A stretch of DNA of 52,181 nucleotides, counting the filler, from Sphacelaria rigidula (Eukaryota), in assembly GCA_964200075.2 (NCBI GenBank). It is 3 parts of 3 records of this genome, joined end to end, with 100 filler letters (N's around TTAATTAATTAA, not from the genome) between each part and the next. Parts side by side here need not be neighbours in the genome. Positions count along the whole stretch, not along the records: positions 1 to 17,332 come from CAXNAA020001108.1; positions 17,433 to 34,759 come from CAXNAA020001109.1; 1 more part is not named here. The stretch is one strand, 5' to 3'. The notes under the pieces are model-generated. The model did not search any database. It was not told the DNA's origin and saw only the letters and a list, made by a program, of their open reading frames with translations. Below, piece after piece: positions 12,601-24,613 of this stretch (position 1 is the stretch's first letter; each line of letters starts with the position of its first letter). Position numbers and translations under genes: made by a program.

Positions 12601-15600
12601 GTGCCAAAATACACGCGAGGATTGTTGAGAGAGCTTGAGAAACGGATTAGTTGTAGGAGGAGGTCCGGGTTCTGCATTCGTGGGCCTAACAGTCCAGTAG
12701 CCCGCAGTTGTGTATGATGGAGGTTTCGTGCAAAAACTGTAGGAAGAAGGGAGGCGTAGAAACGAGGCTGCTCTCACGTGGTCGTTGAACAAACTGAGTT
12801 GTCCTAGCTTTCACGATGGATCTCATCAACTCCCCCACACCCCCCTCCCCCCTTCCCTAATCCCATGACGCTGATTCGAATTCGGACCCGATGTCTTCAC
12901 CAAATAATTCATGCGAGAATTGAACAGGAGCGGGGCTTGTTCGCACAAACCCGACCGCACAGATGTCCAGCGTGTTCCGAGAGAATAGAGCCCTGCATGG
13001 ATGTGTACTCAATTTCCACATGTCGGCGGCAGTGCTAGGCGTACCGCTCGCGTTTCCAAAGCGTAGCTACATGATGTCTGTTGAGTGCGGGGCGGGCGAT
13101 ATTCTTCTGTTCCATTCGTACAGAACTACTGACTGCCCTGTATCGGTAGAGTACGACAGAAGGATACGCGTTGTGGCACGGTATTTGGGGATCGTCGTCT
13201 GGGAAAAAGTATCTTCCCGTCTGTACTGGGGCAGGGGAAATTTCAAAATTTCAAGCCAAGTCCATGTTCTTGTTTTAGGCTGATACCTGTGTCGCACGTT
13301 ATTTTCAGTGTCCCGATCGAAAGTAGCGCAGCTAGGGCTACGAAGGTGTGATGCGGCAGGCCGTCACAGCCTGCAGTTACCCTCACACCTGCTAGAAAAT
13401 GGAGCTCGATATCCGTGACGGGGGCACAGGAACACTCTTCCACGATAATGAAGATTCACGCTCCTGTCCACTCCGCCCCCAAATATCTACCGCAATTTTG
13501 GTGATGATTTTCACCTGCTGAATACTGTCTGTATCAGTCACGGTGCGGTCAGTACTTACAACTGTTTCATGTTTTGTGTACCCACCGCGGGCACTAACTG
13601 CACACCGTGGACTCTATCATGACGTGCGGCGCAGTGCAGCACGGCCAAGTACTGCAGGGTCTTCACGTCTCATAGGAGGAACAGTGTTGCTTGCACAGCA
13701 GCCCCAAATAAACTATCCGAGGTCCGATCACCAAGACGCGTACTGGCAAAAAAAAAAACGGAGGGGTGACTATGGGAGCTTCTTCACGAGTTAAGTAGCG
13801 AAGAAGACACGCAAGGCAAAAGTGGGACGGGGCGTGCGCGTTTTTTGAAGTTCGCATTCTCTGGAAGTGGGACAAATATGCAGAGGTACTTCGGTACGCA
13901 GCAAACCCTCCAACCCCCCGTGGCCGTTACAGACAAAATTATCTGCATTCTGCACTTTTTCAGATGAACGAACAAGTCACGCCGACTGAACGAATGATGC
14001 ACTCGGGCGGTCAAAAAGTTGACAGCATTGTTCTCCCCGCCACGAGTACTTCGAATCTCGTAGTTGGTGTGCCGGGCGAGTTGAGGGATAGCGTCTAGTA
14101 CCTGGTTTACAACGTTGCGGTGCCGCTCCATGTGGCGTATACAGCATACGGGAATATCGGCCAGTCATCGACGCGCATGTTTCCCACGCGTGTCGGGTAT
14201 GGCAGCCCCCTTTAGGAAATTTTGGGAGAGGCGACCGCCAGCATCTCTGTGCTAATTGTTACTCCTGTATACTAATACTGGGCATGGCACTCATTGCTGA
14301 TTGCCCAAACACCAACACCCGGATTTGCGCTCATATAGGTTGAATTGCAAAATGCATTACTCACCCGGAACCAATCTGCGGTTCAGTGTACTTGAGGAAA
14401 GAGTGCTACTCACCTCAAGCTTTCCACACACCAAACTACATGACAGTCATATCTAGACAAGCGACACCCACGAATAGCCAGCACAGCCAAATGACGCTGA
14501 TTACACCGAAACGGATCAGACAGGACATTATTCAGTAGCCACGACGGTATTTCGGTGTTGTTCAGAATGAGTTGCTAATCACCAGAGCACCTCGTCGCAC
14601 GAGCTATCGTTGTGTAGGTGGCGCCAAATACATGGCTAGCCATCATAGCCAACAAGAAAGCTATCGCCGCCGACTTTTATTGGTGCTGGACAATGAAACA
14701 GACGCATCACTATTTCGTGCTAAAGAAATGACACGGTGCGGAAAGACGGAGCAAATGAAAATCGTTCATCCCACCAGCAATTATCTTGAGTGACACGAGG
14801 ACCGGGCGAAAACAAGACGCTACAGCAGTACCTTGCTGAACAACGAACCAAACGAGACACAAAAAACTCACCGAATCAAGAAGCTCATCCCTCTCCTCAT
14901 CGGTGAGCGTTCTGATCTCCCTCCTGACATACTTGACCATGACTGTGTCGGTGAGCTCCCTGACGGCGTTCCCGGTGCTCTTCTCGTACTCCGTTACCGT
15001 GACAACATTCAAGTCTAATTTCGTGAACATCATTTCGACCTCCTCACCCTTAGCGGTGGCGACAACCGAAGACCGATCATCGATGTCCTTGATTTGCCAC
15101 TTGTACTCGAACCCGGAACGAGGGTGGGTGACCTTGAACGTGGTGTCTCTGTAAGGCTCTGCCAGCTTGACGCCCTGAAGCCAGGGGATCTCCCGCCCCG
15201 GCTTGCCGTCCCGCGTGTGATAGAAGTTTGTCACCGTGTAGTCCAGGCCGATATTAGGCAAGCTCTTTTTGACTTGGTGAGTTCCTGCCTTGGAGACGCC
15301 GGGCGTGCGTGACTCGTAGTAGTCCAGCACGTCTCCCTGGGGGAACCTGTACCCGTTCACGCTGGTTTTCGCGGCCAACGATACCGCCCCCGTAGCCGGC
15401 CCGGGGTGGCGTAACGATGACGAGAGGGAGGCCTCACCTGCTCCCCCCACTCCCGCTGCATCCTTCAGTGGGTTGCTCCTTGCTCCGGCTGGCGGGGGTT
15501 GTGTGGATTCTTTCGGCACAACGACAGCATCCAACCTTATATTACTGTCCACATGATTAACAGAATTCCCCTCCGCGATCACGCTGTTTTTCGACGAAAT

Positions 15601-15909
15601 GGGGGCGGATGCCTCCTCGTTTCCGGGGACGGCAGGGCCCGAGGCTGCGGGTGCGGTCTTGTTGAGTTTCATGCTGGTCAGCGCCGTCACGGCCAGAAAA
15701 ATGCCCAACGCCAAGGCGAACTTGGCCAACCAAGCCTTGCGGTTCCGGGCATGCGCAGCCACCCCACCGCCATTGCCGGCAGCACCGGCCTCGACGGGCG
15801 ATCTTCTTCGAGATGTCGAGATGGGAGAGGTGGTGCTGGCGAAGGCTGATGCCGTCTGGGCGCCCTCGAGGGAGCCGTAGCCGCCCCTCGCGTGGAAAGG
15901 CGTGCTCAT
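3675..15909 (-). CDS. Type II membrane-anchored tyrosinase-like (type-3 di-copper centre) protein, 8 exons, ~828 aa
   Basis: Exons (minus): 15909-14872, 12499-12371, 10323-10105, 8356-8238, 6918-6585, 5902-5702, 4864-4622, 3878-3675. All introns are GT-AG with consistent phases (2487 nt = 829 codons including stop). Motifs: VRREIRTLTDEERDELLDS (tyrosinase-domain start), CuA RLH...SCDHFH-x8-H (FLIAH), LPYWDF, CuB HGGVHAWTGG and SLDPSFWPTH. A hydrophobic segment (WLAKFALALGIFLAVTALTSM) lies near residues 60-80. Confidence 0.9.
9428..10080 (+). repeat. Dispersed repeat built of degenerate cgggtacgggtatga / cagaactgtcggg subunits (family C), copy 1
   Basis: Repeated gggtacgggtatg, taccggta and agaact(a/g)tcggg motifs; the end cccgggaaaacaccccggatatacagaaacccccaccctacacagaaac matches the reverse complement of 31360-31420. 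Confidence 0.65.
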
Positions 15910-17332
15910 TGAGACGTACCACTTGCTCGAAGTTGTGTCGTCAGAATATCTGCAAGAACGATACCTCGTCGCGACGAAAAGGAAGAAGGATGAGGTGAAA
16001 GGTTAGATGATGTCGGTCCCACGTCACTGCTCGTTATTCCAGTGTGAATACCCTCCTCCACCCCAACGTTGAAGGGTGATGGATCGGTCGAGCGTGTCAC
16101 GTCAAGACGAATACCGACCGATACCGTTCCGGAGTTGTGAGGGGGCGGAAAAAAGTGTGATGAAGGGCGGTGGGTTGCATTCCGTCCGCCGTAAATACCG
16201 GACACCACCGAGCACGTTTATCCGTGACCGAAAAAATAAAGAAAAAGAGCCAGTCCATCATGTGTGTGGCATTGTAGACTAAAACACGGTAGCAGGATGA
16301 AGACAGAGAGCAGAGAGAACACAGGCACTCATATATTTGGGGGAAGTTTCCTATAAACTGTTTACAGTCCGCAATCGATATTGCCCCGAATCGGAGTTGC
16401 GGACACGCCGTTTGTCGGGATTTTTTTTAATCCGTCCATGATACTCAAGGCGAGTGATTTGACATAGACCAGCATACCTTGACATGCCCGTGCAATCTGT
16501 CCGCATGCATGTAATTTTTGCGAACGGGCCGCTTTTTCCAGGAGGGTTTACCTCGGTAAAGCTCGACGACCTACTCATGGCTGATACATTTGAAGCCTAA
16601 TGCTAACACTGACCCCACCCTAAGGTATAACGAGGACCCTCGGGCGAGGAGGGTGCACAGAGTTCGCTGTGCAATGTGTTCGTTGATGGTAGATCTCAAA
16701 CTAATGACGCCGATTTGAACGACAGCGAGGTCTGGTATAAGGCCACTGCCAGACCCACAGAAAGTTCCCATGCTACTTCGTCGGACTCAAATCCGATGAT
16801 AATTTCAACCATGGGTAGATTGAATTTTCGTCCGCTCACGTCCTGCATCTTGCCACTTGCTCGAGTTGGTGCCCAATTGCCAATTGCAGACCGCTTCCTA
16901 CAGCCAGTTGCTCAGTCTTCATGGCCTACGAAGGAGTAGGATAAATATTTGGGTTATAGCTCTTGCACTGTTTGCGCCGTCAACTTTGTAACGGAGCAGC
17001 AGGGATCACTCTTGTGTCTACAACAGGAGAACGAATACACTTCATATAGATGTAGATAAGAGTACGTCGTAGCACAGTATCTACACACACATGTAGACAA
17101 CGGGTACATACGCTGTATGATGGCACCATCACGGTATTTTTGGTGCCGGGTCAGAATCGTGGCAGGAAAAAGAACGCGTTTGAATTTTTCGAAAAAATAA
17201 ATAAATGAACGGCTCCCATTAGAGGTGGCCTCATCAGTTCGAAAAAATCACCCATATATTTCCGATCGTAGACCTATCGCGTTTTGTGAGTTTTTCACTC
17301 TGGATCTATTTTATTTTATTTTGGTTTCTTCT

Positions 17333-17432
17333 NNNNNNNNNNNNNNNNNNNNNNNNNNNNNNNNNNNNNNNNNNNNTTAATTAATTAANNNNNNNNNNNN
17401 NNNNNNNNNNNNNNNNNNNNNNNNNNNNNNNN
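17333..17432. other. Artificial 100-nt contig linker (N44-TTAATTAATTAA-N44)
   Basis: N run with a central TTAATTAATTAA (stops in all six frames), identical to 34760-34859. Confidence 0.97.
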
Positions 17433-19237
17433 GACCGTTGACCACGCATCCCTTTCGAGACGGAGCACCGTTCCTCATCCTAATGGAGACACCTCCAACC
17501 TTCCGGCGCTTATTACGCCAGGCCGAGGGGGGTGGTATAGAGGGGTGGGGCATCCTTGCCTCGCGGGGCTGATGAGTCTGGGATCAATTTCTTATTTCCC
17601 AAGGCTGCAGTATCGATGGCAGATTTCTTATCCGCCGAGCCTCTTGCCATCTTTCAATTTCTTATCCTTATTTTCGCTCCAATCTGAGCAAAATTTCTTC
17701 GCATCAATTTCTTGAAACCTGAAAATTTTGAGCCTCGATTTCTCAACAGGTTATTTTTCAGGTGCTGTCGCCACCTGTACTGCATTTTCCACTTTTGAAG
17801 CGTTGCTTTGTTTGTGGCTTTCTCCACCGTGTCCACACCATCTGGCTTCAAACTTGGCACAGAGGTACGGCACAACACAGACAACATATACGCTGTTTGG
17901 CGGCACGTGGAGGGGAGGGCGGATTGAACACAGAGCGACACACGGATTGTGGGTTATGCCGTCCATACGACCTGAAAACACAGCCCAGACTGCGTGAGAC
18001 GCCGCTAGATGTATGTGCTGACACGCGGGTGCGCTCACTCCAACGTCATGACATACTACGCAGATTCTGCGCCGTCAGACAAATATCGATCTGTACGAGC
18101 CCACATTCTTGATCATGACATTCTGTGCGGTCCAAAATTTGCCACTGTAAAGGTCCAAAATTCAGGAGGCACGGCCGTGCACGCGCTGTCAGCACTTTTA
18201 CGCGCTGAAACTTCGCCCGCACGTCATGTAGACCATGAGCAACAACCTCCATGTTCCTGAATCTGGGGTTGCGTTGCGGGTGCGTGCGTATCGAGGCGAA
18301 AATATGTCGGATTCTGGGCACAACGCCCATACATGGGGATATATTTTTGTAGTGAAATGTGAAAATCAACCAATCAGAGGCCCTTCAGCGAGGAATCGGC
18401 GGAATCTAGGGCCAATGAAATGCGACCTTCGTAGTGAATTATGTAGCGAACTATGCTTGTGATTGGCTCTCACATCTGAAGTGTACGCCGGGGCGGATAG
18501 AACAGCAGCAGCGAAACGAAGCTGCAAGCAGCCAAGCAGGCAGCGAGTGGTACATTACCGTCACAGTGGGTCATTGCGATGCTCGTATATCGGCATAATC
18601 CAACGTTAGCACGGGGTATGGCTGGCTGCGTTTTACGGTGAGCGCTGGCGCCGATGCCAGCGGCAGCAGCCGCCATGTTGACGGGTGCAAGCAGTACCCT
18701 GGCGGTGCAGTGTATCCGCACTGGGCTGTGCGTTGCTCCTTTTATCGGAGCACGGGGTCTGGCCGAAGCCGGTCGAGCGGTGTATACCGGCGCTGTTTTT
18801 GTGACTTTACCCAGCCATGTTCGGCATCGCGCAAGTGATGGGTCCGAGTCAGATGAACTTTTCAACAGGCAGTCAACTGTGTATACCGGACTGCGCCCCG
18901 ACTGATGCTATATTTTACAGAGAGATGAACACAACCATACAACACCTCAAGCATTTTCAGCGGAGACCAAACCGTGTTCGCAAGGTCTGGACACACCGTA
19001 GAACAGTGATAGCTACAGCACATATGAGACCGGACGTGAGCGTGTTTGTGCTGCAGTGCAGTGAAACAGGAGATATTCCATGTTTTCGTTTCAGCTCTTC
19101 GGTTGATTTTGGACGGAGTCCTCAGTGTTTGCCGGGTGCCGATGTTGAACGCTCGACCATAATGGCGCTTGGCGCAAATAATTTAATTCACTACAAATTT
19201 ATTCCCATGTATGGGTGCTGTACCGGATTCTGTTCCA

Positions 19238-19260
19238 AATATATATATATATATATATAT
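19238..19260. repeat. (TA)n microsatellite
   Basis: Run of ta dinucleotides. Confidence 0.9.
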
Positions 19261-19993
19261 TTTCGGCGCAACACTTTCGCATGGCGAAAAAATCGCAAGG
19301 TATACGTACCTTCTTCTGGCAACTGACTTCTAAACAGGGCGCGAGGTCGTAGCTTACTAGTATACGGAGGATAACACCGCCGTTGGTAATGCCACTCTCT
19401 GCAACCTTAATCGATTTCCTGATTTGTAGAACAGGGTCTACCCTGTCGGCATGGCAAGGTAGAAAATACACAACCGAGGACAACAGTCCCTGGTATACAC
19501 TCTGTCCTGCCGGACAGTGCTCGGTGCCGATGCCGTGCCGGTTATAGCGGTCATGTGCTGAATCAATCACAGCTGCATGCCCTTGACACACACCAAACGT
19601 ACACCGCTACCCAAAGCAACAAGGAGCACCTGTCCGAACAAATTGATTGCGATGTACTGTATACCATATGAAGCATGTAAAGCCTCAAGCCTCGTTGCGC
19701 AGACACAGAGCAATAGGCTTCCTGGGCGCTCCTCACATGCTGCTCGATTGTCGTCAGGGGAGTCTCATATCCTGGGCTCGAGCTGAACGCAATTCCCGCC
19801 ACGAGACCAACACACACACGTAGCCAGATACGCCCAATCTACGCACCAATTACACATCAGCATTGTCCCTTGTGGTGGTATAACCGGCTATGTAGCTCGA
19901 TGAATGCACACGAGAGCCATCCGCCCCGAGCAACTCCTCCCGCCCCGCCCTCCCGCCCCGCCCTACATCGGACACACAGCACACAAGACATAC

Positions 19994-20128
19994 CTGGGTG
20001 AGAACACCCGTGTTCACAGCGACACTTTGCCGTCCAGCTGCCGACAAAGCCATCGCAGCGTCTCCTGCACAAGCCTTCTGCACAACATTATTTGCGGCAC
20101 GTGTCAGTCTCACCACTAAGCTAGTCAT
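19994..20128 (-). CDS. Possible first exon of a gene divergent from RPS5 (product unknown)
   Basis: ATG at 20128 gives MTSLVVRLTRAANNVVQKACAGDAAMALSAAGRQSVAVNTGVLTQ, ending at a strong CAG|GTATGT donor. It lies ~230 bp from the RPS5 ATG. No convincing downstream exons were assembled. Confidence 0.25.
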
Positions 20129-20316
20129 GATCGCTCGCAACAGCCGCGCAAGCCGTCCTTGCCGTCCGCGGTGCAGGGTGCACTTTGCTGAGTATAAACG
20201 AAACGATCACCAAATATAAGGGTACCCTCAAAATGTACATACCGTCTAAAAATAGGCACGTACCCCCTAAATAAAATCGTGGGTGGTTCGTGGTCGTGGG
20301 TGCTCTGACCGCTCAG

Positions 20317-20338
20317 TCCTTCTCCCTTCCTTTCCCCT
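20317..20338 (+). promoter_or_regulatory. 22-nt pure pyrimidine tract just upstream of the RPS5 ATG (5'TOP-like candidate)
   Basis: tccttctcccttcctttcccct ends 18 nt before the ATG. Such tracts are typical of ribosomal-protein mRNA 5' ends, but the TSS is not known. Confidence 0.4.
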
Positions 20339-20356
20339 GAGGTGCGAGAAGAAACC

Positions 20357-23300
20357 ATGGCGACCGAGTTGAACCCTGATGGCTGGGACTCTGGAGAGCC
20401 CGTAGCGGTGGAGGAGGATGCCGTGGCCGTAGCGGAAGATGGCTGGGGGGAGGCCGAGGTGCCTGTCGCCATGGAGGACACCGGTATCGACGATGTCAAG
20501 CTTTTCAACAAGTGGTGAGGAAGGCTAAATTACTTGGTATTTGTAGAGGGGGCTGTGAGGCTGCTGTATATCGTTGACCTGCGGTCTTTGTGGTGGTGGT
20601 GGCGGTCGGCGGTCGGGGTGGAACGACGGCGTGCACCTAGTGCAATGTTGCAGCGTAGTTGCATGCGTTTCTTTTTGTGTGCACCGCACCGGGTGGTTTG
20701 CTGTGGGGTAGCGAATGTCTGCGTGCAAGGGTGTGAAAGCATCTAGCTTTCCGCATGTTGTGTGGGTTTTGCATGGTGGTTTCTCTGTCGCGTACTTGCT
20801 TGCCTACAGTGAGAAATGCATTCAGTGTGTTGGGGCTCGGCGGATGCCGGTATTTGTGCTACTTGGAGATGGTCGCATGCCATCCGTATGTCGACTACAG
20901 CGGTTGGCATGTTGACTGCGCTGTCCTCTCTGATGGTGGGTGGCTTGAAGGCGGCAGACGCATCCACCGCTACTGGTTTTAGTTCACTGCGGTCGGCAGG
21001 TGATGAATTATGGCGCATGACTTTCGATCTGGAAGCTGAAAGCTGGGTGAGTCTGTCCGTATCTCAGACGACGCGTGTTGTCTATACAGGGAGCAAAATC
21101 ATTCAGCGGCAATGAAGAACGGCCATTGCTCGAAACGACTTATGGCTAGTCAATGAGAATGGTCACTACTCGTACTTGCCAAATACAGTCCAGTGCAGAG
21201 TGCATGTCAACATCTGCATGGTGGGTCGCCCCGAGGTGTTATTCGAGGATGTGGGGCAGATGTAGAGAACCCGAGACATTGAGTTGTATTCATGCGAACC
21301 TCGCTATGTCTCACCGTCAAATGTGGTGTTCTCCGCATGGAGAGGTCCGCTCTAATTCACAACGCTTAGCGCGAATACATCATTTTGCGCAGTGCTTCGG
21401 TACTAACAGCACCGGTGTGTGCTGTAAATTGGACAATCAACAGCAGGAGCGAGCTCTAGTCGAGCAGATGTAGTCCTCATAGCCACGATCCCACCATCGA
21501 TGTTTCCACCATCACGTAAGCTGAGACGTACACGAAAGCATACTGGAGAGCAAATACTGTTGCCGCACAGCTCAACTAGGCAAACGGTACTTCAGGGTAA
21601 ACCGCAAGACCAATGCGTTCGTCAACCCGTCAAGGGCCCGCATTCAAGTCTGTCTTGTGCTGGTGATCATTCATCATGTGAAACGTGTGGATAATGGAGG
21701 AGATGAAAAGAAAACACTGGGAGGTTTACTGATGGACGAACCCTCAATGGGTGCTTGGTGCTCGGAGACCGCAGGCGTATTTCGTTCGAATTACTGTTGA
21801 GTAGAAATGGCCGATGTAACGTCCTGACCAAATTTTTGTCTTACCTCCCTCGACTTGTATCATGATCGCAGGATCTTCACTGACATCGAGATTCGTGATA
21901 TCTCGTTGGAGGACTACATCGCCGTGAAGGGAAAATACGCGACTTTCCTACCCCACACCGCGGGACGCTATCAAAAGAAGCGCTTCCGCAAGGCCACGGT
22001 AGGTCACGGTACGGTGTAATGTACTCGGTTCTAATCACTTTGCAGTATATACCAATGTGGTACGCGAAGCTCATAGTCAAGAAGCTGATCTGGGTCTGAC
22101 CGTGATTTGGCAGATGACGCAAGACGTGTGTGCACTCTCGAGTTCGAAAATGGCGGCCAAGCGATGCTCTCAGATGCAGGATGCACCATGCAGACACGGC
22201 CATGGTCATCGTAGGGCTCTTTCTCGCTCATCGTGTCGGACACATGAACGCTCATCAACGTTGGAGTTTTGTTCAGCGGTGATTCAATATGTGACATGGC
22301 GATCGACGTGAAGGTTTTTCACGGCCGACCGTGGTAATCCCGACGCATCCCTCCGTTTCTCACGTATATCCTCTGTTCTGTCGCCCCCTGTTATCCGCGC
22401 AACAAATCTGCGACCACTGTTGTCCCTCACGAATATTTTGCGCTCTGGCACGACTTTTCACCACTGAAAAGTGCCCGATCGTGGAGCGCCTCTGCGTGTC
22501 CCTCATGCGCAAGGGGCGCAACAGCGGTAAGAAGCTGATGGCGGCTCGCATCGTCAAGCACACCCTGGAAATCATCCACCTCCTCACCGACCAAAACCCG
22601 GTCCAGGTAAAAAAGCTTGGGGTGCATCCTCTCGTGCATTAGTCGATCTACTTGTGTTTGGCTGTCGGTCACCGGAAAGTCTCGGAGGGTCCAACCCCAT
22701 ATCTCTGGGACACCGACTGTAGTTCGTATAATGGAAACCCCTTTTCTAACAATCTTGCTGCAATTCAACACATGACCTACTCTCCCTGTCAGTAGGTTCA
22801 CCCAAGCGTAACTTCCATGCGGGATTGCGTTTAGAAGTAGCAAAAGCACATACCGGTGAACCCCTGCCTCTCAGATTTCTCATTTCACCTCTTTTTCGCT
22901 TTTTATACTACTGTATTCGGTGCGGTCTACTGTCATTCCATTCCATCTCCCTTCCCCGAGTTCTGTCCAGGAAGTGTACCTCTCTTACAGTGTACCTGAG
23001 TATCACGTCTTCATGGGGGATCCCATAATATTGAACAAAGAAACTCGGGGCGCTGTATGCTGGTGTGTTTCAGGCGGAAAATCGCCGAGAGGAATACGTG
23101 ACATATTTGAGAACCGGAAAAACGTAATAGGCCATTTTACGCTACTTGGGGTTTTATATTTTGGACCGGACAAATGCAATGTCACGTGAAGAAACATTTG
23201 GACCTTGAAGCAGTGTCACTTGGCGAATGTAAAAAAAGAAGCTGGTTTTGTGAACTTTTAACGTTACACGTTACATGTTCACGATAACAGGCAGAGTTTT

Positions 23301-24613
23301 CACATTCGGAGAGTAAAACGCGATGTTGAGATTCACGCGAAGGACTACACGTTACATCACGTTACATTACATGCGTCCCATCGAAAAAATCAAATCTTAC
23401 GTAGCATTCAGTGACTCGGAGGTACGTGTTTTCGAATGTGTCACGTCGAAACCTCACGTGTCACGTATCCCTCCCTGGAAAATCCCAGGAGGATGGAACC
23501 TCGGTTGGCGTAACCATGGTGTCACTCCTTCACCCGTACGGTCAACCTATGTAATCAGTTGAACAAGCCTCGCTGTATGAGTTCAACATATTGCATGAGT
23601 CGTCTGTACAAGTAGGTCTTGTGACGTACTTGTATGTTGTCTGGCGTTGTCACTCCTTCGTCGTTTGTCTTCGCTGCAGGTGCTTGTGGACGCTGTGATC
23701 AACTCCGGCCCTAGGGAAGACTCTACCCGTGTCGGTTCGGCAGGTGTGGTGAGGCGCCAGGCTGTCGACCTGTCACCTTTCCGGCGTGTAAACCAGGTTC
23801 GTACTTTCATGTTCGGGTTCATGGGCTAGCGTGAGAGCTGTCGTCGTGTTGTTGGGGTGTGCTGTATTATACGAAGGCCCATCCCGGTGAAGGCGCGTGA
23901 CACCGCCGTCTATAAGTGAGGCTTTGATATAAAGTATTCGTGTCCAGAGGTGGCACGCCGTGCGCTGATTGCGATAGGGTCGGGTGACACAACTTGCACC
24001 TCCAAGGTCAACCCTCGCCCGATATTCTGTTGCGTTGGGAGTCTGTGTTTCTGCTTGTGTCATCTCACGGATCCTCCGTCATGTTGACTTCCTTGTCTGC
24101 TCCGAGAAAATGGAGAAACCGAAAGTAGGACTGCGACGTGGATGCGTTTTGTGAATTTTCCATCCACCCAATGTCCTGCGTGTGTGATGCCTTAGATGCA
24201 GATCTAACCGGCAGATATGCAGACAAAACTCTGAAAAACTCGGCGTGTTTTGTCAATCTCCAAATCTGGGTGTCCGTGATGACGAATAACGGTCATGATG
24301 TTTTTCCCATCTTTATCGCGTGAATGTGCTTCGTTGTCATTCATCACCCCCCCCGAAGCCCTGTCGGTGAAAATCCAACCAAAACTACTTCTTCCCCAAC
24401 TTCCTGTCTGTGTAAACTGCTGTCATGTTTTCCCCGTCGCTGCAGGCATTGTACCTGATCACTACTGGGGCGCGCGAGTCGTCTTTCCGCAACATCAAGA
24501 CAATCGCGGAGTGCCTTGCGGACGAGATCATCAATGCCGCCCGTGGATCGTCTAATTCCTATGCGATCAAGAAGAAGGATGAGATCGAGCGTGTAGCCAA
24601 GGCTAACCGGTAG
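20357..24613 (+). CDS. RPS5: 40S ribosomal protein S5 (uS7), 5 exons, 234 aa
   Basis: Exons 20357-20514, 21872-21998, 22472-22606, 23680-23796, 24446-24613 (705 nt, GT-AG, in phase). Diagnostic peptides: [99 protein letters not shown]. Confidence 0.98.

Noticed and set aside
16676..16939. SEVWY...SSHATSS as a Copia protease (W..DSGAS.HM) relic
   Set aside because: The catalytic DSG is absent and there is no adjoining integrase, RT or LTR.
17377..17388. TTAATTAATTAA palindrome in N runs (also 34804-34815)
   Set aside because: Synthetic six-frame-stop linker, not biological.
17569..17610. CTGATGAG followed by a stem-loop, resembling a hammerhead ribozyme core
   Set aside because: No GAAA follows the putative stem II. 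The nearby minus-strand GATGAG-stem-CGAAA (~17450-17482) lacks the CUG of the core. Other CTGANGA sites I checked also lack a complete core.
21000..21040. C box (GTGATGA) and CTGA in RPS5 intron 1 as an intronic C/D snoRNA
   Set aside because: Only ~40 nt long, with no downstream D box, terminal stem or recognisable rRNA antisense element. snoscan/Infernal would be needed.
24183..24198. tgtgatgccttagatg resembles a conserved 18S rRNA stretch
   Set aside because: A 16-nt sense match with an indel and no flanking similarity; compatible with chance.
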